Source: Eledone cirrhosa
Taxonomy: Eukaryota
Assembly (NCBI GenBank): GCA_964016885.1
Contig: OZ024742.1
Location: 2,604,001-2,668,000 of the forward strand
Direction of reading: 5' to 3'
DNA length: 64,000 bases
Part shown: positions 41,846-53,346 of the stretch, piece after piece
Layout: each line of letters starts with the position of its first letter
Numbering within the stretch: position 1 is the first letter of the stretch
The notes under the pieces: generated by a model
Told to the model about the DNA's origin: nothing
What the model saw: the letters and a program-made list of their open reading frames with translations, nothing else
Databases searched by the model: none
Made by a program: the position numbers and the translations under genes

Positions 41846-42234
41846 TCTCTTACCCTCTATCTTCTTCTCTCGCCCCCTCCTCTCTCTATCCTTGTGTCTC
41901 TGTAACTCCCCCACACTCTCTCTATCTAACACCTATGGAACTGTTGATTAGCGTCAGTCATCGAATTTAATTAATGTTAATTGTAGATTAGATTCTAACA
42001 GTTTAACTTTTCTCAAACTTCTCACACATCAGACTCAGCTCCCAACAACTGACTATAGAAATTTAGGCTGCAACACAAACAGCAAATATCTTATGTTTGA
42101 TAGTAACCTTTCCTGCCCAAATAACTTTTCAGAAGTAATTTGGAGAGCTGAAACAAATCTAAGAGGAAGATTCGACTAAAGTTAAAAACTGAAACTGTAA
42201 TATTAGTAAATACGTAGAGTAATTAAATCAAATA

Positions 42235-42660
42235 TAGGGGTAGGGTTAGTGTTAGGAGATAATGATATAGTTAGGCCTTAATGCTTGAGTTATAGTTATT
42301 GTTAGAATTAGAGTTAGGCGTTAGGGTTAGTGATACGTGCTGGGTTAGTATTAGGGTTAAGGTTAGGTTGAACGTTAGGGCTAGATATAAGGTTAATGTT
42401 AGAGATAGGGATAGTATTAGGGTTACTGTTAGGTTTATTGTTAGGGTTATGGTTAGTGTTAGTGTTAAAATTAGGGTTAGGGATATGTGCAAGGCTAGGG
42501 TTCAGTTTAGATTAGGTGCCTATTCACCGTTAGAATTAGTTTTATGTATAGTATTAGTGATAATGTAAGGGTCCTGGATAGGATCATGTTTACAGTTATT
42601 CTTGGAGTTATGGTTAGAGAAAGATTTTAAGAGTAGGTTTAGGACGTGGTGTAATCGTTA
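42235..42660 (+). repeat. Degenerate interstitial TTAGGG-like tract
   Basis: Hexamer-period TTAGGG/TTAGTG/TTAGAA variants. Confidence 0.75.
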
Positions 42661-43133
42661 GATTATACGAGACAACTTGAAAGAGAAAGACGAGGAAAAC
42701 AACACACACCGACCTTAAAAGAGCTAAACCACAGGACTATTCTGAACTGGAAAACTGGAGAAATTAACTGAAGAGACTTAATCCGGGATTCCGGATTATA
42801 AGTGTGTGTGAATGTGGGGGGATTATATATATATATATATATATATATGCAAAAATACCCCCCATATATATATATATATATATACACATACATACACACA
42901 CACACACACATATATATAAATATATATATGTATATATAGATAAATCTACCAAAAGTTTACGGTAGTGTCCAATCCGTATGAAGAACTCAATGTAATCCGG
43001 ATATCATGAAAAGAAGAGATGCATTCAAAAATCACTTTCGGTGAAAGATAAACGGAATACAGAGTCAAGATAAAATATTAAAAAAATAATGAATAAAACA
43101 AAGAAACAGTTCCTTATATTAAACAAAAAAAGT

Positions 43134-43274
43134 TCATTATTTTACGATCGTTTCTAGGACATATATGTGTTAGAATTGGTATGCATATTCAAAAGATCTA
43201 TGTACAAAATTATACAAACTATCAAGGAGAATATACATACCATCACATATATATGCTGTCTTCAGAAATAATGA
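43134..43274 (-). ncRNA. Type I hammerhead with ~105-nt stem-loop II
   Basis: TCATTATTT-CTGAAGA-CAGCATATAT...ATATATGTCCTA-GAAAC-GATC-GTA-AAATAATGA; 9-bp stem I; palindromic GATC loop III. Confidence 0.8.
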
Positions 43275-43626
43275 TGTATATTTATTGATAATAACAACAA
43301 TTCAAAATTACAGGTCTGTTTGGGAATAGATTTTAAATAGACCAATGAAATACATAAAAATTCATCAAGAAAATACAGTTAGGTGTGTGTATATATGTAA
43401 GTAAATTCGTTCACAGATATACATAAAAATGTATGTTCATATGCATACGCATGTTGAAAAAGTGTATGTAAATATAAACATTTAGGGCTAATGTATCTGT
43501 ATGTTTACAATCTACAGACAAAATATACATATATATACATATATATATACATATATATATACACACACATATACACACATGCATACACACACACGTACAC
43601 ATACATAAACACACACATACATACGA

Positions 43627-43657
<31 letters not shown>

Positions 43658-43921
43658 TACGTATATATTATTATTATAACTATATGGATATTGAGGCGCT
43701 CACATAAACGCGCCCACACACACTTACATTTGGATGCAGAAGTAAAGGAGGTAAGGGAGTAAGTAATTAAAGGAAAGTGTCAAACTCGACATATTTATAA
43801 AAATGTATCTATAAAGTTAGAAATATTTCATTGGTCTATTTAAAATCTGTTCCCAAACAGACCTGTAATTTTGAATTGTTGTTATTATCAATAAATATAC
43901 ATCATTATTTCTGAAGACAGC

Positions 43922-44102
43922 GGTGGATTGGCAGTATCGGTAGAGGGTCGGACGCCATGCTTTCCAGCATAGTTACGTCCCTTTACGATCTGAGTTCAAA
44001 TCCCGCCGAGGTTGACTTTGCCTTTCATCCTTACGGGGTCGATAAAATAAAGTACCAGTAATGCACTGGATAATTGCTGGCCTTGTGCCTAAAGTAGAAA
44101 CA
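43922..44102 (+). mobile_element. SINE with 18-bp TSD
   Basis: TSD ATTATTTCTGAAGACAGC at 43904-43921 and 44103-44120. Confidence 0.95.
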
Positions 44103-44337
44103 ATTATTTCTGAAGACAGCATATATATGTGATGGTATGTATATTCTCCTTGATAGTTTGTATAATTTTGTACATAGATCTTTTGAATATGCATACCAAT
44201 TCTAACACATATATGTCCTAGAAACGATCGTAAAATAATGAACTTTTTTTTGTTTAATATAAGGAACTGTTTCTTTGTTTTATTCATTATTTTTTTAATA
44301 TTTTATATGTATATATATATATATGTATATATATATG

Positions 44338-44452
<115 letters not shown>

Positions 44453-44682
44453 TTTGGTTATCATTTATTTTTTATCATTTATTTTGTTTTGACCTGTTTA
44501 GGTTGATTAGGTTTTTGGCTTGGGTGGTTAATGCCTTCTTGATCACCTTTTCAGTTTTGTATGGCTTCTTAACACATAGTTTAGCTCTGGTTTTTAACTA
44601 TTGAGCACTTTGCCAGTATCATTTCTGATTTTTACGTTTCGCTTCACTTTTCCTGCCCGCCGAAATGCGATTCTCGCTGAAT

Positions 44683-44744
<62 letters not shown>

Positions 44745-44851
44745 ATAATAATAAATTTGAAGACTAAAATCCAAAGAGGGCTAGATAACGATAAATATAT
44801 ATCAAATATATAAGAACCCTAGAGCAAATATTTATTAAAATAACAGATTAA

Positions 44852-44902
44852 AGTTAAAGCAAAGAATCGTTGCTTTCACCGTTAACGGGATCTTCTGAAA
44901 CT
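44852..44902 (-). ncRNA. Hammerhead with variant core CAGAAGA (family F2, element ~44740-45060)
   Basis: AGTTT-CAGAAGA-TCCCGTTAACGGT-GAAAGCAA-CGATTCT-TTGCTT-TAACT; 5-bp stem III; second copy at ~24560-24606. Confidence 0.65.
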
Positions 44903-45585
44903 AAAAAAAATCAATCTGTGAACTCAGAAGTAAATATTTCGAAAAACGTTGCAACCGAAAGCAAACAGGAAGACGATACTTTGCTTCGTGGAGACGTTCT
45001 CTGGCAAAGAACGGAAAAAGGGAAGATAATACGTCATTATTTGGAGCGGTGAGAACAATTACACGCAAAGACAAAACCATGTGCCAGTTTTGTCGTAGTG
45101 GGATATAGAGAGAGAAAGTTGTTGTAGTGGGATATAGAGAGGGAAAGAGAATATGTTAGTTTAATGAGAGAGGAGGAATTGTGAGAGAGAGTGAGGTATG
45201 TAGTGAGATATAGAGAGCGAGAGAGAATTAGTTGGTTTAGTGGGAGAGAGGGAGTTAAGATAGTGAAAGAGAGTGAGGTATGAAGTGGGATATACACATA
45301 CATATATCTATATACTACTAAAACTCTCTATCCACCTATCTATCGCTGATAGCTATCTATCTATCTATCTCGGATTCTGTCTAACACGTGGAAAACGCGC
45401 TGATGAGTAAATGTTTTAATTTCATTGGAAATTGCAAGAACTGAATCTACATTCTTACACCATTTTGTATATAAGCTGCCACCCTACACTTTGTAGGTGG
45501 TAGCAACCCCAAATAATAAGCCCATCAAAGCTAAAAACGGAGAAATTCCACAAAATTTCTACCGGAATTTTGAATATAGCCAAAA

Positions 45586-47589
45586 TGGCCAGATTCTTTG
45601 ACCTCATCTTCACAAAGAACACATCAGAGAATTGTTGATATGGGCTGTTAATATCACCTTCCACAGCAGGTGAAGGCTGCCTGCCCGCTGCTATCATCAC
45701 CACCAACAACAGTAACAACAACAGCAACAAAAACAACAACATCAAATCAGCCAGCCAACAATTAGACAGAGGTGGTGGAGGGACGGTAAAACTGTCAAGC
45801 CAAGAAGCAGCTCGCACCGCCTCGTTGAAACACTTCGATATGTTTAAAACACACCCTGACAACAACACCGGCACCACCAACACGAAAACTGTGAATGGCA
45901 CAAACCAAAACAACGCCATCAACAACCACAGTGACAACGAGAACAAGAACAACAACGACAACAACAACCACAACAACACCAACAACGGAAAAAACGAAAA
46001 CAACATCAACAATAAGAACAATAATAACAACAAGACCAATAACTGCAACAAGGAAGTAAACGACAAAATATCATTTGCGCAAACCGTAAAGAAAACGGTA
46101 AGCTACACTCCGGTAGATATTTCAAATGCAAATGAGCATTTGAATAACGCCAGACAATATGTAACTTTTGGGGAGTACGGATCATTTTCCATAAACTCTC
46201 CCCAGATTTGCGAAGAGAAGCTGCCTTGAAAACTGTGATTTTCAGGACAATCTCAAACAAAACACGAAAACCGACTTTCACAAGGCGAAATTGAGTTGGC
46301 TTTAAAAAATGCTTTAAAAGACATTGCTTTTATTCAGAAGGGTAGACTCTACGGGAGTTTATCCATTCTAATGAAAGACCAATTGACGGCACATAAATAT
46401 TCTGTGTCGCCAATTGTCTCACCGCTGTTCAGCTTTTTCCCCACATACATGGGGAAAATAAAAATCCAAAGTATCACACCAAATATTGACATTTGGTGGG
46501 TACTATGTGGATTTTTAAACCACGAAACAGACTATATAATATCGGTAGGTAAGTCCTCCGGCGACCTGTTCAGCGGAGCTAGCCTGGAAGTTCTGGTCCA
46601 AATGACACCAGAACGAACAGCTAGGATCCCGGAACGCGTGTTGCTGGATAGGCTTATATACATAAACATTTCGGTCGAGGGTAGGCGGCCCTCATGTTAG
46701 CACTGCTTAAGCAGGGGTCACCTGAGAGCTTCCTGTCCTCGGCTAACTAGCCAAAAAAGGCACTACTGCCAACACCAGCACAACAATCACCACCACCACA
46801 ACAACAACAACATAAAAAATAGTGACAACAAAACAAACGACAAACACAGTCCCACACAACCCCTCCCCACCTAAAACAACTCCAGAAACACCCACACACA
46901 TAACAGCTCCCCAAAACCTACCCTCCCCAACAACACGGATGAGGCCTCATCATCATCACCCAGTGACGATGAGGGAGAGCCTTTCTGACCAGTAAAAAGA
47001 AAAAAGAAAAGACATAACACAAACAAAAATGCAACAAACACACAAACACCAACACAAGCGACGCAACAGCACAAACAAAAACACCCCCTCCTGAAAACAA
47101 GACACCTACTACAAAACGTAAACACACACAAGAACCACAGACAAAAAGCAACCCAACACAACAAAAATGTTACACCTACATAAATACTAACAATAAAACT
47201 TTAACAGACACCATATATAAAAACCCTTCGGTGGAGACCGAAGGGAAAACTTTTACACACTCTTCAGAGAATCCTAATCTTAAAATGATTAGGACCTCCA
47301 TGGACACACAAACAGTTAAAAGAAAAATTTCCTAACGACTTAGGCAACCCCTGCGTCAAACCCTACAATCGAGTCCTGTTAAAATGTTTCCCCACCCCCA
47401 CCCCCATCCCACCAGATACCCCCTCCCCACCAAACATCCCTGTCCCCACCTCTCCAGAGACCACCACCCCACCAAACAACCCCTCCAACACCCTATGGAA
47501 ATTGTGCAGCCTGGTCCCCAGGAGACGAAGAGGTGAGTGATTTCTTTTCCTCTTCTGTTAACTTTTCAGCACCAACATGGCCAATATAA
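45586..47589 (+). pseudogene. ORF1 gag-like (disrupted; start approximate)
   Basis: Homologous to copy 1 ORF1 (FAQTVKK, FGEYGSFSINSPQ, VEGRRPSC*HCLSRGHLRASC). Confidence 0.8.
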
Positions 47590-50500
47590 GAGTTGGATGT
47601 GTGAATGTACGCGGCCTGGGGATGCCCTGGAAACAGGGAAAACTCTTAAACGACCTCAGGTCGCACAGCATGGATGTAGTAGCCATTTCCGTGTCCAGGA
47701 TCCACAGCGAGCGACAACTGACCCCCATCTTCGACGACTTTGAGATCTACGAATCTCTCTGTCAGCCGACAGGTGGGAGTGGGGTTGCCGTTTTGCTGCG
47801 GAAACACCTGGACCTCGTAACACAGACGGAACATCTGGACCCGGAGAGTCGACTGGTGGTCCTAGACGTTGACGGTAGTGACGGTGGAGCCTTCAGGCTG
47901 GTGGCCGCATATGCCCGATCCGGGACACCGCGGCCAGACTTCTTAAAACGTCTAGAGACTTTTCTGGGAACGTCCCGCTCCCTACTATTAGTGGGGGACT
48001 GGAATGGAATCCTAGATGCACGTTGGGACTATGTGGGAGCATGTCCCGATAGAGGGGCGTTTAACAGCCTCAAACAGTTAATCGGCCGATTTGACCTGGC
48101 CGATAGATACCGACTAGATTTTCCGACTGTGCCACTGTGGACGTTGACTAATCGTAGCGGAACATCTAGATCGTACCTAGATAGGGTTCTAGTTAGAAAG
48201 AAGGATAGGGATATGTTAAGCTGTCCACAAATGTTCATGGTTGACTATTCAGATCACAAATTAGTGACCTGCTTAGTCAACCTTGACAAAACCCATAGAC
48301 ATGGATCCGGCTACTGGAAGCTGAACTTGTCGTTACCGACATGCAAAGCTTACAGTAGACGGATTAGCACTTTAGTTAAGCATCACTTGACGGGGGACAT
48401 TGTCAACAAGAGATGGTGGTACTCTCTCAAGAAGGCAGTTAGATAAGACTCGATAGGTTTTAGTAAAGAATTAGTGTTAGATAGAAATAAGACCGAAAAG
48501 GAACTGGTAGATAAAGTAGAAGAGGCACTTAGGAGTGGCAATGTAGCCAGCGTGCTAGCGACGAGAACGGACCAGTTCTTCGACGCAAAGCATGAAGGCT
48601 GCGTTGTCAGAGGCAAAATACGTGCTCTGGGAAACGAGGGAGACAAAGCTGTTAGCTGGGCCCGAGTGGCGGAGGCGAAAAGTTGCAACAATCCACGATT
48701 CGGTCTTTGAAGGACCAAGACGGACGCGTGATACGTGAGCCGAAGTAAATGTGCGCGGCCTATCAGCGGCACTTTGCTCAACTGTTCGAGCAGGGCGGCG
48801 CGCCGGGAGGGGCTATGGATTTCGGTTCATACCTCGACGGCCTACCGCGACTCTCGGACAAAAAGGCGAAGTTCTGCGAAAGGCCGATTTCGACGGCTGA
48901 GATAGGGGACGGGCTGAGCCAATGCGGCAAACGCAAATCTCCAGGTCTCGACGGTCTACCCTACGAATTTTACGTAGCAATGCCGGACTTATTCTCCGGT
49001 CTCCTGGAAGCGGTCTACTGCAACTGGCAGCAGAACGGGAGAATTCCCACTCTGTGACCAAGGGCGTTATTACGTTACTCAGGAAGGCCGAGAACAAGGA
49101 GGATGACATAGGCAACTTCCGGCCCATAACTCTTCTCAACACAGAGTTACAGATTTTGGCCTAGGTGTTGGCAAAGAGGCTAGCGCTTGTCGAAAACCTG
49201 GTGAGAGAAGCGCAGACATGCGCAATCCCGACCAGGTCCATACACGACAACCTCCACCTCATGCGATACATCATAGAGAGGGTAGGGTGTAAACCTGGCT
49301 TCGGTGGGACCCTGATCAACTTGGATCAGTGTAAGGCTTTCGATAGGGTTGACCATCGTTACCTGGATGCGGTGCTCGAGGCGGCAGGCTTCGGTCCCGT
49401 GTTCAGGGCCTGTATTGCTGCAATGCACAACAGCAACGTCTGCTCAAGGGTCAAGGTGAACGGCTACCTCTCAGAGCCGTTCCATATCACGCGATCCATC
49501 CGACAGGGATGCCCTCACTCCTCCCTTCTGTACGTACTGACTCTCGAGCCACTACTGCGGAAGTTGGAGCTATTGCAGGGCATCACTTTGGAACCGGGAC
49601 TGCGAAAAGCGGCGTCGGCCTACGCCGACGACTTGACAGTAATTGTGTCAAGCACCTCGCAAATCGGGGAGATCGGAACCTTACTGGAGGAATACGAAAG
49701 GTTCACAGGAGCGAAGCTGAACCGTCGGTTTGCAACTCGGAACGTGGAGAGGCCAACCGATGCCTTCCGATGACGTCATCGGATGCTGGACGGAAGGACC
49801 GGTAAAGCTGCTCGGGGTCTGGTTTGGTCCTGACCTCCAGGTGGAGAAGAACTGGAACGAGGTGACGGCCAAGGTGTTTGCGCTCACCCAGAAGTGGGCC
49901 GAGTGCAAACTATCATTGAAAGGTCGAGCGGAGGTGGCGAACACGTTTATAGCATCCGTCATCTACTACCGCTTGACCGTTGTGCCTTGTCCAGCCAAAA
50001 CGCTCACCAAAATGGAGCGCGCGCTCTTCCAATTCCTTTGGAAGAAATGGGTTCCTTTGATGAGAAGATGCATCTGCTGTCAACACCCTTCAAACGGAGG
50101 GCTGGGGATGCCATGGCTGACGATGCGCAAACACGCGCTCAGGCTTCGGCACCTCCACGTATTCCTCACCAGACAACCGGTGTGGGCCCCGTTCGTGGGG
50201 CGAGCCTTCCCACGACTCGTCTCGCTGACCGAGCTGCAGACCTGGGTCAAGCAAAACCAAGCAAAATGGGCGACTGGCACATCGAATGTGCTCAAGCGCT
50301 CACAGTCCATTGGCAAACGGACCCGGCGATCAGTGGAGAGTCCACTTCGACATTCTATAGAGGGTTGGTCCGCAGCAAGTGCGACGATACGCTCGGAGAA
50401 ACTCTAGGCGTAGAGGTGGACGAACTGGCCAGTCTGTTCGGTAGGACCTTCCGCCCGGGACCAATGGACAACTTCCAAAAATCCCTGGCCTGGCAGTGCT

Positions 50501-50990
50501 ACCGAGGAGCTCTACCAGTTAGATACAAGCTCTACAGACACGGGCGCCCGGGTAGGGACCCTTCGAAAAGATCTGTCCGAGATGCGGGCGCGACAAGGAA
50601 ACCGTCGCACACGTATTTGTACACTGCCCGGGCGTTACCGACCTGTGGAGCTATGTAGAACGACTATTGTCGCGGGTGGGACCAATCCAGTTGACCACCG
50701 AGTCCATTGTCATGATCAAACCGCCACCCTCCTTCAAAAACGAAGGAGAGGCGGTTTTCCTATGTATTATGGCTATGGTGAAAGAGGTTATATGGTGGAC
50801 GAGGTTAAAAGGGCTAAGGTCAGACCCCTTTCTCTCCGGCGAACAACTGATTCGTTTTTTCAAATATCATTTTGGAAGAAGAATCAGGATGGAGAGAGAG
50901 GTGCTGTACCCCAACAACATTTTATAAAAGGTGGGTGAATCTGGCAAAGATGGCCCGAGTGGTTGGGCCTTCTCTCTATATAAGCCTGTA
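47577..50990 (+). pseudogene. ORF2 APE-RT (disrupted)
   Basis: MANIRVGCVNVRGL, GDWN, SDHK, YADD; multiple stops and frameshifts. Confidence 0.92.
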
Positions 50991-51428
50991 GGTTGAGGAA
51001 AAAGAGGAAGAGAGGAAGGGAGTACTCACTCTTGGTGCTCCTGGAGATGAGGGTTGTACATTTTTTCGGGGTGTGTACAACCCCTGTGTAACACCTCCCC
51101 CCTATCGGGGATTTCAATTGTTATTTGTTATTGTATTAATAGTTATATTTTCATATACCTGTATGTAAACTCCCCATTTGTATTTGTCCCCTTCTTTTGT
51201 GCCCTTGTGGCTAATAAAGAAATTTATCTATCGCTGATAGTAGACGTGTGTTACTTCAGCTGCAGCCTTTTGGATTTGTATTACGTTTTTGACTGTGAGT
51301 TTGTTTTTCATTTGCTTTATTTGTGTGACCTAACCTCCCGCCTGGACTTGCAGACGGGTGGTTATTTTACTTTTACCCCTTTTTGGGGGTAAAAACTACT
51401 TTGAAAATTTGTATACCAACTTAAAATA

Positions 51429-53346
51429 ATGGACACCATACATGAAAACACAACTTCCACGCCCCCCACGGAAAGTGATAAAGAGCAACAAGTAACTCAA
51501 CCTACTGAAGCTTCCCTTCTCTCGCTTTCGCATGCGAGTATGGAAGTGGATTTGGCGAACAATTCTAAAAACTTGGGTAATAACCCAAACAATTGAAACA
51601 TCAGATTGAAAGAATGTATAAATTACACTGACACCAACAACACCAACACAAATAACAAAGAAAATAACACAAACACACACAAAAGCGAAAACAGCAGCAA
51701 CAATGACAAAGAAAACAACATAAATGTGAACTCAAAACCCGAAAAAATGGCTGAAAACCCCCAAAACTGTACCGCAAAAGAAAACAACCAAAACGCAAAC
51801 ACCCAATAAAACAAGAAAATCAGCAACGAAACACACAAAAAATACCCCACTACACGAATATCCTTGCTCAGGTCGTTAAGGAGACCGAAACTTTCACCCC
51901 AGTTGACATCAGTAATGCAGCGGAATTGCTAAAAGAGGGGAGAAAACAGGTGAGCTTTGGTGAAAACGGTGAATTCACCATAATCTCTCCTCAGGATATT
52001 AAAAGAGACACGGTCCTAAGGGCAATTAACTATATCAAATGCGTCGAAAAAACCAGCTCAATTATCGCATAGCGAAATTGAGCTGGTGTTAAAAGACGTG
52101 TTGAAGGATATGATTTTTATTGAGAGAGGGAAGTTATATGGGAGTCTGATAATTTTGATGAAGGACCAATTGGTGGCCCAAAAATACTCGGTGTCGCCAA
52201 TTGTGTCCAAACAGTACACTTTCTTCCCCGCCTACATGGGGAAGAAAACTAAAAAAATAACAATCTCCGGTATACACCCAAATACAAATATGTGGTGGAT
52301 ACTAGGAGGGATACTGGACGACGGAGATGAACTCCTTGATATAGGCAAAGCCACCAGGGGCCACTTTGGCGGTATAGGCATACAGGTTCTGGTTCGAAAG
52401 AAACCAGAACGTATCGCAAATATACTCCAAAGAAGGCTCCCAATTTATGAACATTGGAGTTGAGGGTAGACGGCCCGCTTGCTACCTCTGTGGAGGAAGA
52501 GGACACCTGAGGGCTGCCTGTCCTCAACAAACTAAAAGACCCTTACTGCCAACACCTCCAAAAACACCACCACCACAATCACCACCACCACTACAACAAC
52601 AACAAACACAAGTCAACAAAAAACTAAACATGGACCCACCCAACCCCTCCACACCCATAACAACTCCACAAACAAAAACACAATCACCACCACCACCACC
52701 ACCACCCCAAAAACAACAAACACAACAAGTCAACAAAAAACTGAACACGGTCCCACACAACCCCACCCAACCTAAAACAACTCCAACAACATACATAACG
52801 AAACCCCAAAATATACCCCTCCCCTTCAACATGGAAGAGGATCCCTTAACGTCAGAAGACGAGAGGGAACCCTCCCACAAGATAAAGCGAAAAAAAAGAA
52901 AACACACCGCACCCAAAACAAAAGTCCAAAAAATACAGAACAAAAACCAACAAAAATTACACAGACACAGCTATACACATACTTCAACACAAAAAATATA
53001 AAACTTGTAAACAAAATTGAACAGAACCCTTCGGCGCAAACCGAACGGCCAAATTTCACGAGGGCCACAGAGAACGCCTCTTTAAAAATGATTAAAACTC
53101 CGATAGACATCTATATAGAACTAAAAGACAATTTTCCTGAGGACGTGTGTGTAAAACCAATGAATCGAGTCCTCTTGAAAATTTTCCCCACCCACACCAC
53201 ACCAAACACCCCAACCCTACCACCACAAACCACCACCCACCCAACAACCCCTCCCTACCCCCATGGAAATTGTGCGGCCTGGTCCCCGGGACGCAGAGAG
53301 GTAGGTGCCTCCTTTTTCTCTTTACCACCAACTTGGCTGTATTGAG
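51429..53346 (+). pseudogene. ORF1 gag-like (disrupted; start approximate)
   Basis: QKYSVSPIVS, VEGRRPACYLCGGRGHLRAAC, HGNCAAW. Confidence 0.8.

Larger units (their letters stand above)
43071..44305. mobile_element. Fold-back insertion with ~280-bp arms, each holding a hammerhead; right arm interrupted by a SINE
   Basis: 43071-43351 is inverted to 43824-43921 plus 44121-44305. Confidence 0.9.
45353..51224 (+). mobile_element. Tx1/L1-clade LINE, copy 2, flanked by a 16-bp direct repeat
   Basis: TATCTATCGCTGATAG at 45337-45352 and 51225-51240; AATAAA near the 3' end. Confidence 0.93.

Noticed and set aside
42768-42812. CTGAAGA plus strong hairpin TAATCCGG/CCGGATTA
   Set aside because: The GAAA/stem III half is missing; possibly a truncated HHR, not callable.
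45400-45440. CTGATGA...GAAA in the Tx1 copy 2 5' UTR
   Set aside because: Weak stem II; no stem III/NUH or stem I closure.
47533-47569. GTGAGT...TTTTCAG intron-like segment before the Tx1 ORF2 ATG
   Set aside because: Only 37 nt, lies in the ORF1 C-terminal frame, and copy 3 lacks the acceptor AG.
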